A stretch of 64,000 bases of DNA from Lentisphaerae bacterium GWF2_38_69 (GTDB lineage Bacteria; Verrucomicrobiota; Lentisphaeria; Victivallales; GWF2-38-69). Shown here piece after piece: positions 1 to 9,769 of the stretch; position 1 is the first letter of the stretch, and each line of letters opens with the position of its first letter. Both the position numbers and the translations under genes were made by a program. The notes below the pieces were generated by a model, which worked only from the letters and a program-made list of their open reading frames with translations, was not told where the DNA came from and ran no database searches. Where the stretch lies: contig MHBE01000042.1 in the NCBI GenBank assembly GCA_001803205.1, positions 10,262 to 74,261 on the forward strand, written 5' to 3'.

Positions 1-1664
1 ATTTCATAACCGGCATCCTGTAATTTTTTTAAATCATCAAGATTGTTTATAGGGTAGAATTCTATTCTCTGACAGTTAAGGTTGTCAGCCATATCAAAAA
101 TATTGTCTATATCATAGCCGACGAGGTCTCCATTTTTTCTGACATAACAAAAAGGCCACTTATTAGGTCTGAAAGCCACTTTGAGAATATGTGAATTTAT
201 TATTCCGTCAAATACATCGTTATCATCATAAATATTACCAGTTTGAATCGTATCGGGATTTTTCGACATGATTTCGTATTTTATATCCTTAGGGTATGTG
301 AAATTCAGGAATTGAAGTTCCATTTTTCCCAGGTCTTTATTAAGATTATTCTGTAAAAGAACGGGTTTTAGTACTTCTCTTATTGAAATAGCTGCTGTTA
401 TAAAAACGATTGCTGAGATTGAAAACGCTGCTAAAAGTTTTTTTGGCCTTATAGAAAATTCCTTGTTTATTAAAAGACAGCACAGGACTGTAAAAGTTAT
501 TATGAAAACAGCTCCGCACGCATTATTTAGATAGACCAGAATATTCGACGTTATGTGGAAATAATTATATGTCTGTTCAGGAAGATTAGTTATTTTTAAC
601 AGATATGGCACTATGACAGAAGTATTTCCGAAAAGAACTGGGATACCTACTATGTAATAAAAGAATTGATGAATGAAAGTAGCTGGCTGTCCATAATCCC
701 ATTTTTCAAAAATAATGAAGAATATTATCAGGAATTTATAGGTTCCAGGAAAAGACCATGCTAGAGGAACGATTATATTTATATAGTTTTGCCTGGTTCG
801 GATATTAGTTGTGTCAAGATCGTGTTTCCTGATTTTTTCTTCATCAAATTTATAAAGGGATTGGTATATAACAGGAAGAGCCAAAAAAACATTGCCGGTG
901 GCAAAGGCAATCAATGCAGCTGGAAATATAAGGCTAATTAGTCGTTTGATAGAAATATCGTTTGTGCATAAAATTATTCCTGGTAAAACAAATACAGACA
1001 TCACTATTAAATACTCTACAGAGAGCAACAGATACATCATTATTCCCTTGAGAATGTCAAAACCTATGGTTCCGAACATATACGAAGACATGATAAGAAT
1101 TCCAAATGGCAATAAGACCATGATTATGTCATTAACTTTTTTCATAATATGAGATGCAAACTCCATATGAGCTAAAAATGGATGTTTGTTTTTTTCGTTT
1201 ATCAATACTATTCCAATTAGAAGGCAGAATATTACTATTGCAGGAACATGTCCTTGTGAAATCGAAAAGAAAGGGTTGGAAGGTATAAATAGACTAAGCA
1301 TGTCAATTTCATTCGAAATACCATTAACTGATTCTGGTCTAAAAAAACCGATAGGGTATTTAGCAGGAAGTGCGAAGTAGAAAACTAAAATAAATATTAT
1401 GCTGGTTGCCCATAGAAAGACAGCTGTTTTGATAATGCTTATTCCTATGTTCTTTGCATGAGATGAATGAATTGATCCTACTGACTGAATTATAGTAAAT
1501 ATAAGATAGGGAATTATCGCGATCTGAAAAAGCCTTACGAATAACTGGTTTAATGGTTCCAGAACCGAGCATCTGTGACCAAAAAATAATCCGAAAAACA
1601 GACCAAGAAGAGTCGAAACTAATAGTTTTTGACCAAATGTCAGATTTTTATAAAACCTAATCAT
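1..1664 (-). CDS. DAACS-like (sodium:dicarboxylate symporter fold) membrane domain fused to a family-3 periplasmic solute-binding domain; C-terminus outside the window
   Basis: Absent from the ORF track because it runs off the window edge. Manual minus-strand translation from the ATG at 1664 is open to base 1. It begins MIRFYKNLTFGQKLLVSTLLGLFFG...LNQLFVRLFQIAIIPYLIF, followed by many hydrophobic segments, and ends ...KVAFRPNKWPFCYVRKNGDLVGYDIDNIFDMADNLNCQRIEFYPI (SBP_bac_3-like). The transporter motif FATSSSxATLP is degenerate (FATGNVFLALP). Confidence 0.7.
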   Translation of the reverse strand, partial: MIRFYKNLTFGQKLLVSTLLGLFFGLFFGHRCSVLEPLNQLFVRLFQIAIIPYLIFTIIQSVGSIHSSHAKNIGISIIKTAVFLWATSIIFILVFYFALPAKYPIGFFRPESVNGISNEIDMLSLFIPSNPFFSISQGHVPAIVIFCLLIGIVLINEKNKHPFLAHMEFASHIMKKVNDIIMVLLPFGILIMSSYMFGTIGFDILKGIMMYLLLSVEYLIVMSVFVLPGIILCTNDISIKRLISLIFPAALIAFATGNVFLALPVIYQSLYKFDEEKIRKHDLDTTNIRTRQNYINIIVPLAWSFPGTYKFLIIFFIIFEKWDYGQPATFIHQFFYYIVGIPVLFGNTSVIVPYLLKITNLPEQTYNYFHITSNILVYLNNACGAVFIITFTVLCCLLINKEFSIRPKKLLAAFSISAIVFITAAISIREVLKPVLLQNNLNKDLGKMELQFLNFTYPKDIKYEIMSKNPDTIQTGNIYDDNDVFDGIINSHILKVAFRPNKWPFCYVRKNGDLVGYDIDNIFDMADNLNCQRIEFYPINNLDDLKKLQDAGYE

Positions 1665-1860
1665 ATTAGTACAACATGTAGCGTTTTTTTAATTTTAATA
1701 AGCAAGTTTTCATTGATTCATGATAGATTATAAAGTCATTAATGAAAAACGAACAGTGAAATTTAAAAAGAGAGGAAAGTTTTTCTATAAAAGCTATTTT
1801 CCATGATCAAATACTTAGCTAAAATCATAGAATAAAATTTATAAAAATGGAGATTTTAAT

Positions 1861-2076
1861 ATGTTAGCTGATTTATTTGAAGTGAAAGAAACTGTAAACA
1901 AAGGGAAAGGCTTGTATGTAAAACAATTTATTCCTAAAGGCACAATAATCTGTTTTGAATCAGCGGGGTATAAAATAATCCCAGAAAGAGAATACAATCA
2001 AATGTCTGAGATAAAGAAAGAACATATTTATCGCAGAGCACGGGAAAGACGACTGTGCTACAGTGACAAAAATTAA
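1861..2076 (+). pseudogene. Short ORF resembling the N-terminal part of a bacterial SET-domain protein; probably truncated
   Basis: FEVKETVNKGKGLYVKQFIPKGTIICFES resembles the start of SET domains. It is only 71 aa, has no NHSxxPN/ELTxDY C-terminal motifs, and ends just before a hairpin shared with the convergent chitinase operon. Confidence 0.3.
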
Positions 2077-2097
2077 TGAAGTCTCATACTATAAGAT

Positions 2098-2129
2098 AAA
2101 GGTTGTAGTTTTATATTACTACAACCTTT
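2098..2129. terminator. Perfect 12-bp stem hairpin between convergent genes (bidirectional terminator candidate)
   Basis: aaaggttgtagt / tttatatt / actacaaccttt read directly. It lies between the stop at 2076 (+) and the stop at 2168 (-). Confidence 0.6.
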
Positions 2130-2167
2130 ATGCCATCAAGATATTTCTTACGGTTTCACTAGAGTCT

Positions 2168-4144
2168 TTATTCTCTATTGCCTTCAGAAGAGGGCAGGTC
2201 ACAAGTCAATATTTGATCCCTTACAGCTTTTCCACCGAATATCTGTATACCTGAATCCCATTCCACAACGCCATCTTTGGAATAGTAATAGGGTCTTCTA
2301 AAAAGACTCTGATAATCAGTTTCACCATTGTTTATTTTACTAGGTTTCAGTTGATCAACCTTATAATAATTTAGATTGGTGGACTTATCTTCTACAGGGT
2401 AAATGACTTTATCATCAAGAAGATTTCCATCTGTAGAGAATTTATTATAAGCATCTATTCTATATTTTGACCTGTCAACACTATCCTGATCTGTATGTCC
2501 GTCACATTCTGGTCCACCGTTTACAAGAAGTACAGTGAGAGGGAAATCCCTGTCATATATCTTCTTGAATTCATTAGGCGCTTTGGACTGATTAAGTTTC
2601 TTTGACCAAGAACCATCCATTACTTCTGCCAGAGAGGGATTGCCGCTTTTGGGAATAAGCGCATAAGTAATCGCGGTAAGGAAAGGAAGTAAATTCTGCT
2701 CTTCAACTAATTGCGGATATTTTACCAGTCGGAGATCTCCATATAGCAGCAAAGATGTGTTTGCATAATTTGACGGATATGAGAGCTGTTTGGCTCCTCG
2801 GCCAAAATATGAATTACCTTCTGTCAGATAGTATAAATATCCCTGAGAGCCGAAAGGCCCGCCCGCGTCAAGATATCTGCCTGGTTGTCCTGATTCACGG
2901 ACATGCCCAAAAGTTCCAGGGATTTTAGTATTGAGATCATAAGCATTTGGTCCTGTATCAGATGTCTCCTGTACAGCATGAGCAAAAGTAGTAGCAAGCA
3001 ATCTCTTTGCTATTTTATCAGGATCGTTGTTCATCAATGATGTTTTTTTTCTGTTAGGATAATCTTTGTAATCTCCACAATAGCCAGGCATTACGGCTGC
3101 GGCCTTTAAAAAGTTCAGATAAGTAAATGTTTTTCCAGGGATGAATCCGTTCCTGACTTCATTTGGTCTTGCTGTGTAAGGGAAAACTTTTTCGAATTGG
3201 GACTTGGGCATAAGTTTGATTATGCGGTTAACATTATCCGGATTATCAGAACTTTTTTCTTCTTTAATCTTTGAAAGATCTATGTTTTTGATTTTGATAT
3301 AGTATTTAAGTGTTGCAAGTTTTGGCGAAAAATCTTTTCCAGTTGTGCCTGGCACGCCGCTCTTTGCCCAGTAATTAAGCCAGCTGTTGGATGCTGTGTC
3401 TGAAGCTTTGAAGTCATTTATATGTTCTCTGTAATATTTCAGGTTTTTCATAGGCTTAAAATGCTTATAGGTTATGCTTATTTTTCCTTCCTTAAGCACT
3501 TCTCCATCTGATTTTCTCATAGCCTGATACGAGAAACTATCTTCAATAGATGAATTGTCTTTAGGTATGTATGTAAATTCATTATCTTTTACTTGCAAAG
3601 ATCCTGCCGACGGCTCGGTTGTGATTTTTAAACTGCATGGGATAGGTATGCCTTTGTCAGTTGTTACGATGAGTTCTCTGGTAATCGATGGAAGGTTTTC
3701 AGTGTCGTAACCACAATGAAAGTCCAGATTCTTTTTTTTGCCGCCGGTAGCTTCTACTGTGACATCTTCTGATCTAATGGAATCATTATGATTAAGTGTT
3801 ACATAAAAAGTTATGTGGTCTTCTTTTATCCCATTTACCAAGAATTCTCCATTGCAGCCTTCGCCCGGAGTCTGAGTCTTGTCAAAAATCTGGTCTGAGG
3901 TTAGAGATGCAATAACTTTTTTTGTTTCTTTATTATACAGTTCAGCTGTATTGGCTTTCTCACCCCAATTCGTATCCCAGTTGACTTTAAGAACACCATC
4001 TTTAAGAGAGTAGCAGCCTGGCCATACCTGAGGCGGTGAAGGGGATGCGAAAACAGAAGTAGAAAACAAGATAATAAAAAAGGTAACAACCAAGCTTAAT
4101 AATGGTTTATTTACCTGCTGATATTTTTTCATTACATTAAACAT
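2168..4144 (-). CDS. Secreted glycoside hydrolase family 19 chitinase with N-terminal Ig/cadherin-like domains
   Basis: GH19-type motifs FAHAVQETSD, YFGRGAKQLSYPSNY and LPFLTAITYALIPKSGNPSLAEVMDG. Signal peptide LVVTFFIILFSTSVFA. Start set at the ATG at 4144, which follows a GGAGGT RBS (the track's 4207 start is upstream and less likely). Confidence 0.85.
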   Translation of the reverse strand: MFNVMKKYQQVNKPLLSLVVTFFIILFSTSVFASPSPPQVWPGCYSLKDGVLKVNWDTNWGEKANTAELYNKETKKVIASLTSDQIFDKTQTPGEGCNGEFLVNGIKEDHITFYVTLNHNDSIRSEDVTVEATGGKKKNLDFHCGYDTENLPSITRELIVTTDKGIPIPCSLKITTEPSAGSLQVKDNEFTYIPKDNSSIEDSFSYQAMRKSDGEVLKEGKISITYKHFKPMKNLKYYREHINDFKASDTASNSWLNYWAKSGVPGTTGKDFSPKLATLKYYIKIKNIDLSKIKEEKSSDNPDNVNRIIKLMPKSQFEKVFPYTARPNEVRNGFIPGKTFTYLNFLKAAAVMPGYCGDYKDYPNRKKTSLMNNDPDKIAKRLLATTFAHAVQETSDTGPNAYDLNTKIPGTFGHVRESGQPGRYLDAGGPFGSQGYLYYLTEGNSYFGRGAKQLSYPSNYANTSLLLYGDLRLVKYPQLVEEQNLLPFLTAITYALIPKSGNPSLAEVMDGSWSKKLNQSKAPNEFKKIYDRDFPLTVLLVNGGPECDGHTDQDSVDRSKYRIDAYNKFSTDGNLLDDKVIYPVEDKSTNLNYYKVDQLKPSKINNGETDYQSLFRRPYYYSKDGVVEWDSGIQIFGGKAVRDQILTCDLPSSEGNRE

Positions 4145-4163
4145 TGTCTTACCTCCTAAAAAT

Positions 4164-5309
4164 TTATTTCTGAGTAGTGTATCCACGAACAGGCCATATG
4201 AAGCCATAAGTGTTACAATTAGCTTGAGATATTGCTCCTACTCTAAAATTAATTGTATAAATATTCCACATGTTAGCTAGCGGCGTGGGAGTACTTGTAT
4301 AAATGAAGCCAGAAGAATGTTCTTTAGGATTGTGCCATACAAAAGGAGGAGGAAGTATTGTTTCACCTTCTGAGTAATAATCAATAATGCTCTCCAATTC
4401 TTTAAGATTAGGCAAACGCCAGTCCTTTTTACCAGCATAGTTTAATTTATTACAATATAACAAAGCTTCTTTCCATGGTAAATATGTTAATCCAATGTCT
4501 TTTACCCACATTAATCCTGTACGGTTATCTGTGACAGTTCCGTTATGATTATCAGTAAATCTTAGTTTGTAATATGCTTCTTTTTTCAATTTGTAATCTT
4601 TGCTGTCTAATAAATTCTTTCCTTGTCCTTCAACTAATGCCTTGGCAATCTCAAAATGCTCGGATTCATCTTCCGGGAACTTATTCAAAACTGCTGTTCT
4701 TACAGGCCATACAAAAGTGCTTCTGTCCTCCGAAAAGTTATCGAAAGATCTGTTGCCATATAAGCTTGAACGCCAACCTTCTATATATGAGGAAGAAGGG
4801 TTAAAATGCCATTTTATATAGTTTGATGTCCACAAGAGAATTGCTTCATCTTCTGATAGAGGCGGATGAATGTTCTTAAAAGGGTTATTTTTGGGAAGAG
4901 TGTCAAACTTATTATTTGTATTAGATAATCTGTAAGTAATAGACTGCAAACTTGATAATTCATTTTTGCTTGGCAGGCGCCAATCATTATGGCCGGCATA
5001 ATGCAATTTGCTGCAAATATTAATAGCTTCTTTCCAGGCATTTGCTTTTCCGCAAAACTGAATATCTTTGAGCCACATTAGTCCTGTAAAATTATCAGTT
5101 ACTGTTCCGTCTTTATTGTCGATGAATCGAGGCTCAGAAGATTTTATACCTGTTTTATAATAACCGTCGTCGAAATTTGAAAGGGAATAAGTCATTCCAG
5201 TCACCATCACAGGGTAATGGCTTATCTTTGAGTGGACTTGATTGTCGTCTGAAATCATTAAAAACGAAATCAAGAAAACAGGTACAACTAGAAATATTTT
5301 TTTGATCAT
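4164..5309 (-). CDS. DUF1566 (Lcl C-terminal / C-type-lectin-like) protein with two tandem DUF1566 modules and a signal peptide
   Basis: Two copies of DGTVTDNxTGLMW...W(K)EA...C..L.YAG..DWRLP..KEL. Hydrophobic N-terminus. Sits between the two chitinase genes on the same strand. Confidence 0.8.
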   Translation of the reverse strand: MIKKIFLVVPVFLISFLMISDDNQVHSKISHYPVMVTGMTYSLSNFDDGYYKTGIKSSEPRFIDNKDGTVTDNFTGLMWLKDIQFCGKANAWKEAINICSKLHYAGHNDWRLPSKNELSSLQSITYRLSNTNNKFDTLPKNNPFKNIHPPLSEDEAILLWTSNYIKWHFNPSSSYIEGWRSSLYGNRSFDNFSEDRSTFVWPVRTAVLNKFPEDESEHFEIAKALVEGQGKNLLDSKDYKLKKEAYYKLRFTDNHNGTVTDNRTGLMWVKDIGLTYLPWKEALLYCNKLNYAGKKDWRLPNLKELESIIDYYSEGETILPPPFVWHNPKEHSSGFIYTSTPTPLANMWNIYTINFRVGAISQANCNTYGFIWPVRGYTTQK

Positions 5310-5402
5310 AACATTTATCTTTTACTTTTTTGTTTATTTACATTAACAAGCTTATTATATGGCCGGATATTTGCAAGTAGCAATATCCTACCATTTTATA
5401 TA

Positions 5403-8400
5403 TTATTTATTCATTTTTTTATGCAGCACATTGAGCAATGGAGTTGTTACTTTATCGGCTTTTGGAAGCTTTTTGATTGAAGGATTTACATAGGAAACTC
5501 CTTCTTCGAACTGCATATCGCCGAATACCTGCCAGATGATTACGCCTGCGGCGTTATTATTGTTGACATAGTCGGCTTTTAGTCCGACAGATTCCGGATT
5601 GTCAAAGCTAAGGAAATAGTAGTCCTTGGTCATGTAAGGAACCTTCTCTTCTTCATCCCAATGATAGACCCAGCCGGTGGAGGGAGCTGTATTGCTGATT
5701 ATGTATGCATAGTTTGGAACGCCTTCAAAGAGACCCCAGTTTGCAAAGTCAGCGGCAGATTTAAGCGAACCGTCAACAGAGAAAGATTTTTGGGATTTCT
5801 TTGTTTTTCCGCCAAGAGTTGCATCTGATAGAGTTTCAACTCCTCTTCCGTATGAAGCTACGCCCATATTGATCTTTTCAGGCTTGACGCCTTTTGTTTG
5901 AGTGAGGAATTTGAATGTATTGTCCCAGCATGCTGCGTCTTTATTTCCATATAGGGCTGAATTGTGTCCTGCAGTATCTGACCATCCGCCTTCAAGGTCA
6001 TAAGACATAATATTGAAGTAGTCCATATAGGCTGAAAGCTGCTCCCAGTCAAACCCGTTAAGATTGTTTGGAGCTGCGCTGAATGCGCCTGTAATGAGCT
6101 TGTCTGCGCCGATTGTAGCTCTTATGTCTCTCATTAAGGAAGCATAGTTGTCATAGTCATAAGCATTGCCTGTGAAATTCATGCCTACTGCACCAGGATA
6201 TTCCCAGTCAATGTCGATTCCGTCGAATCCCATATCCATTAACTTTTGTACATCTTTAAGGAAATTAGCTTTGAGAGACTGGCTGTTTGCCATTTCTGAG
6301 AAATGCTTGCTCATGCTCCACCCACCGATTGAAGCCATAAGTTTTACATTGTTTTTCTTGCAGAGATCGAAGAGACCGGGAGCTCCTCTTGCAACTTTTT
6401 CGATTTTTGCAGGGCTTGTGCTCCAGTTGTACTGAACATCTCCGTACAAGAGCCACATATCCCAACTGCTGTAAATGTCATCATCGAGCATTGGAGCTGG
6501 ATCTTGATTTGCTGAAGGATTATTGGCTGTCATTGCCTTGTTCCTGAAATCGGCGCTGTGGAGTGAACCATCCTTGGCTAGGCCGGAAAATGAATAGTTC
6601 AGGATTGTGTATTTTGAATAATCGACATTGAGTTGATTGAAAACTCCTTTTGCAGGCAGTCCGAAGGATTCGCCTTTCCAGGCATCCCATTGAGTTATAT
6701 ACCCAACGATCTGTTTTCTTGAAGAAATGGGAGGTTCCTGATGATCTGTATCCTGAACGACTGCTACTGTTATGTTTTTGGTACTGCAATTACCGCTTGA
6801 ATCTTCTGCATAAGCAATAATTCTGTAAGTGCCAAAGGCAGAAGGAGTCCATGAAACGCTGTTTCCATCGTAAGTTACTCCTTCTACAGTAATTGAGGAT
6901 GAACTTAAGTTTTTGTCACTAAATGCTACAGATAAATCTATTGCTGAAAGGCTCTTTAGCGTTATTGTCTGTCCATCCCAAAGAGAAGTGAAGTTTATCG
7001 TTGGAGCAGTATTGTCATCGTCCTGTGGAAGAGGAACAGGATTAAGATTTAATGCTGAGGCAACAGCTCTGCCCGTATCCCATGCTTCATGAGTGTAACC
7101 GGGAGTGAGTTGCCCGTCAGTGATCTTGAGAGCATCCCAGTCCACGCTCCAGTTCATGAAGCCTGCGAGATCTCCTCCCTGAGATTTAACCATATTAACA
7201 GCGCTTGAAATCAGTGATGGCGTGGCAATATAAGCCATTTCGCCACCGGCAGCTCCTTCAGTAGCAGGTATTCCCAGAGCAAATTTATCTGAAGGAATAA
7301 GAAGGCCCATGGAACCATTAGCCTGATAGCCTTCCTGAGTAGTTGCAGCCCAAGTCATGGCCGCCATGAATTTGTCCATACCATCAGCGGGAGTTACTCT
7401 AACATTTCCCTTGCCGATAATTCCGTTTGCCGACCCTTGGTTGTAGAGCTGCGGCCATATGTATGAGAAATTGCTTAACCCTATTGTATTAATTATATTC
7501 ATGTAAAAATCTCCTGCCAGACTGTGCGATGCCCATTGACCACTTCCCCAAGCAAAAGGAACTATATAGCACCATTCCGGCGCGGCAGTAAGGTAGAATG
7601 TCTTGCCGCTGTTCCTATACTCGCTTACAATCTTGTTTACAGCCTGACCGAGCAATGCCGGGTCTGAAGAAAACGAACCTGCCTCCATATCAAGATCAAG
7701 ACCGTCAAAGCCGTATTCATTGATGATTTTTTCAGCTTGGGAAATAAATAGCTCTTTCTGAGCCTCTGTTTTGAGAGAAAGATGGAATTTTTCTCCACCA
7801 AGAGAGACTATTACTTTTCTGCCTTCGGCTTTGGCAATGGCAATAAAGCCCTTTACCTGGTCAGGATTATAGAGTCCCTGCTGATGAGCAGGATTATTCA
7901 TGTCATATGCCAGATAGAGATTGCCGTTAGAATCAGTAATTATGAAGGCAACAATTAATATATTATATGATGAATCTATTTTATCGAGGTCGATGGCATG
8001 GGATACAATCTGTTTTCCCCCGATATTGTAAGATGTATTTCCTCCCCATAAACACCAGTATGTAGCATTGACTTTGTCTGAAGCGACCTGACTATTGACA
8101 AAAACTGTCACGAGAGCAGTAGCAGTAAGATTCAATGAATCTTTCACTGTATAACTGAAAGTGTCCTGTCCAGTGAAGCCATCAGCAGTGGTATAAATTA
8201 CCTTTCCATTTGAAATTTGGGCTGAACCATTTTCAGGCTTAGTAATTGAAGCAATAGCAAGAGGAGTTTGCTCTGATTGCGCATGTGAAAGCACATCGAT
8301 GGTTAAGGTTTTGTTCATCTGAACAGAAACCGTGATATTTTCAGCAATCGGAGCATCAGGCTTATTTACGATTATACTCACAAGAGCCGAAGCTTCCTGA

Positions 8401-9470
8401 CCTATGCTGTCTTTTACTGTATATTCAAAAGTATCTGAACCATTGTACCCTTCGACTGGAGAGTATGTGACTTTGCTGTTTTCAATTACAGCCGTGCCAT
8501 GGTTTGGAGAAGAGACCTTTGAAATTGTAAGTTCGGTGCCGGAAGCGTATTTCAGCACATCTATGACGACCGGTTCATTCTGATCAACTGAATATGAAAA
8601 ATTACTTGCAGCAACTTTATTTTCAGAAGGTTTTGATTGTCCTATATCTTTCCATACACCCCATTGGCCGCTGTTTGCCGGATTTTCTCCCTGAGTCCAC
8701 CATTTTGCTTCATAGTTATGTCCGTTGTATGAAACCTTGTCTCCACCGATGTAAGTTTCGGATGCGCTCCATTCCGGATACATTTCAGAAGGACTGGAAG
8801 ACTCTTTTACAGAAATAGTGATTTTGGCTGAGCTTTTACCACCTTTGTCATTGGCTATAGTAAAATTAAATGAATCTGTGCCTATATAATCTTTTGCAGG
8901 AATATAAGTAACTGAATCTCCGTTTTGAACAGCAGTTCCATGTGAAGGTTGTGAGATTGCAGCAAGAAACATTGCATAGCCATTGGGATTTTTGCTTTTT
9001 GAAAGCGGATTGATAAGTACGGATGTATTGGCATTTGTGTTTGCAATATCATTAACTGCAGTAGGATCAAAACTAGAAGGATCAACAGATGCCCCGTTGA
9101 ATTTAATATTTGAAAGTTTAGCAGTAGCATTCCCGGGTTGTGCTATAAAGCCAAAAGAATATTTTTCTCCTGGGGCTATAGAAGTTTTCCAGGAGGGCAA
9201 TTTGATTGAATAGCTATTGCCATTTCTCGCAAATGAAGCATCCCACACAGATGTAATAGTGTAGGGAAAATCAAATTCCAATGAAACATCCGAATAGGGC
9301 AGCGATGTCGTGTTGTTTATTGTAAATTGCCCCTGGAAGCCTGAACCCCAGTCCGAAATTACTGTATAATCTACTGCGGCAAAGGATGCCGTAGAGAAAA
9401 AGCTGATAGTAAAAAATAGCGCTATCAACATTTCTATTTTTCTTAAGTAATCTTTCATAGAGTCCTCCAT
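5403..9470 (-). CDS. Large secreted multidomain chitinase with two GH18 catalytic domains, CBM2-like and CBM5/12-like binding modules and Ig/cadherin-like repeats
   Basis: GH18 DxxDxDxE motifs FDGLDLDMEAG and FDGIDIDWEYP. Chitin-binding YNGHNYEAKWWTQGENP. N-terminal CBM2-like DYTVISDWGSGFQGQFTINN. Repeated ...HGTA...V(T)Y.P..(G)Y.G.D.F.Y(T).. modules. The alternative start MKDYLRK at 9458 is possible. Confidence 0.9.
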   Translation of the reverse strand: MEDSMKDYLRKIEMLIALFFTISFFSTASFAAVDYTVISDWGSGFQGQFTINNTTSLPYSDVSLEFDFPYTITSVWDASFARNGNSYSIKLPSWKTSIAPGEKYSFGFIAQPGNATAKLSNIKFNGASVDPSSFDPTAVNDIANTNANTSVLINPLSKSKNPNGYAMFLAAISQPSHGTAVQNGDSVTYIPAKDYIGTDSFNFTIANDKGGKSSAKITISVKESSSPSEMYPEWSASETYIGGDKVSYNGHNYEAKWWTQGENPANSGQWGVWKDIGQSKPSENKVAASNFSYSVDQNEPVVIDVLKYASGTELTISKVSSPNHGTAVIENSKVTYSPVEGYNGSDTFEYTVKDSIGQEASALVSIIVNKPDAPIAENITVSVQMNKTLTIDVLSHAQSEQTPLAIASITKPENGSAQISNGKVIYTTADGFTGQDTFSYTVKDSLNLTATALVTVFVNSQVASDKVNATYWCLWGGNTSYNIGGKQIVSHAIDLDKIDSSYNILIVAFIITDSNGNLYLAYDMNNPAHQQGLYNPDQVKGFIAIAKAEGRKVIVSLGGEKFHLSLKTEAQKELFISQAEKIINEYGFDGLDLDMEAGSFSSDPALLGQAVNKIVSEYRNSGKTFYLTAAPEWCYIVPFAWGSGQWASHSLAGDFYMNIINTIGLSNFSYIWPQLYNQGSANGIIGKGNVRVTPADGMDKFMAAMTWAATTQEGYQANGSMGLLIPSDKFALGIPATEGAAGGEMAYIATPSLISSAVNMVKSQGGDLAGFMNWSVDWDALKITDGQLTPGYTHEAWDTGRAVASALNLNPVPLPQDDDNTAPTINFTSLWDGQTITLKSLSAIDLSVAFSDKNLSSSSITVEGVTYDGNSVSWTPSAFGTYRIIAYAEDSSGNCSTKNITVAVVQDTDHQEPPISSRKQIVGYITQWDAWKGESFGLPAKGVFNQLNVDYSKYTILNYSFSGLAKDGSLHSADFRNKAMTANNPSANQDPAPMLDDDIYSSWDMWLLYGDVQYNWSTSPAKIEKVARGAPGLFDLCKKNNVKLMASIGGWSMSKHFSEMANSQSLKANFLKDVQKLMDMGFDGIDIDWEYPGAVGMNFTGNAYDYDNYASLMRDIRATIGADKLITGAFSAAPNNLNGFDWEQLSAYMDYFNIMSYDLEGGWSDTAGHNSALYGNKDAACWDNTFKFLTQTKGVKPEKINMGVASYGRGVETLSDATLGGKTKKSQKSFSVDGSLKSAADFANWGLFEGVPNYAYIISNTAPSTGWVYHWDEEEKVPYMTKDYYFLSFDNPESVGLKADYVNNNNAAGVIIWQVFGDMQFEEGVSYVNPSIKKLPKADKVTTPLLNVLHKKMNK

Positions 9471-9769
9471 AGTTTTCCTAAAATAATATGTCTGAAAAGA
9501 AGCACAAAGAAGATGTTTTTGAGTTAAAAAATGTTTTTAAACAAAAACTTGTTAAAATTTAACAGAGAATTGTTAATAAATTCTATTTTTTAGAAAGCTT
9601 CTTTGTGGTAGAAGGAATCAAATAAGTGTTTTCTATTTTTTTTCAAATTACATTGGTATGTAGATATGGCTAATTCAGTATCAGTATCTTATAATGAATT
9701 ATAAGCTTAAACATATTGAGATTATAAAAATTAACTTACAACTTATTGCCGTTATTCTTTATAAAGATT

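Noticed and set aside
892-1572. Track ORFs 892-1152 (+), 1186-1380 (+) and 1360-1572 (-) as genes.
   Set aside because: All lie inside, or out of frame with, the long minus-strand reading frame 1-1664, which has clear transporter/SBP similarity. The sequences of these ORFs look like shadow-frame translations.
4164-5309. Possible diversity-generating retroelement target, since DUF1566/C-type-lectin-fold proteins are frequent DGR variable proteins.
   Set aside because: No reverse transcriptase gene is present anywhere in the window. I found no near-identical template/variable repeat pair. The two DUF1566 modules differ extensively at the DNA level rather than only at adenines.
5365-5388. An imperfect hairpin (ggatatttgc-aagta-gcaatatcc) between the GH18 chitinase and the DUF1566 gene, considered as an internal terminator.
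   Set aside because: The stem has a bulge and no U-run follows on the transcribed (minus) strand. At most it is a weak processing or attenuation element, which is insufficient evidence to call.
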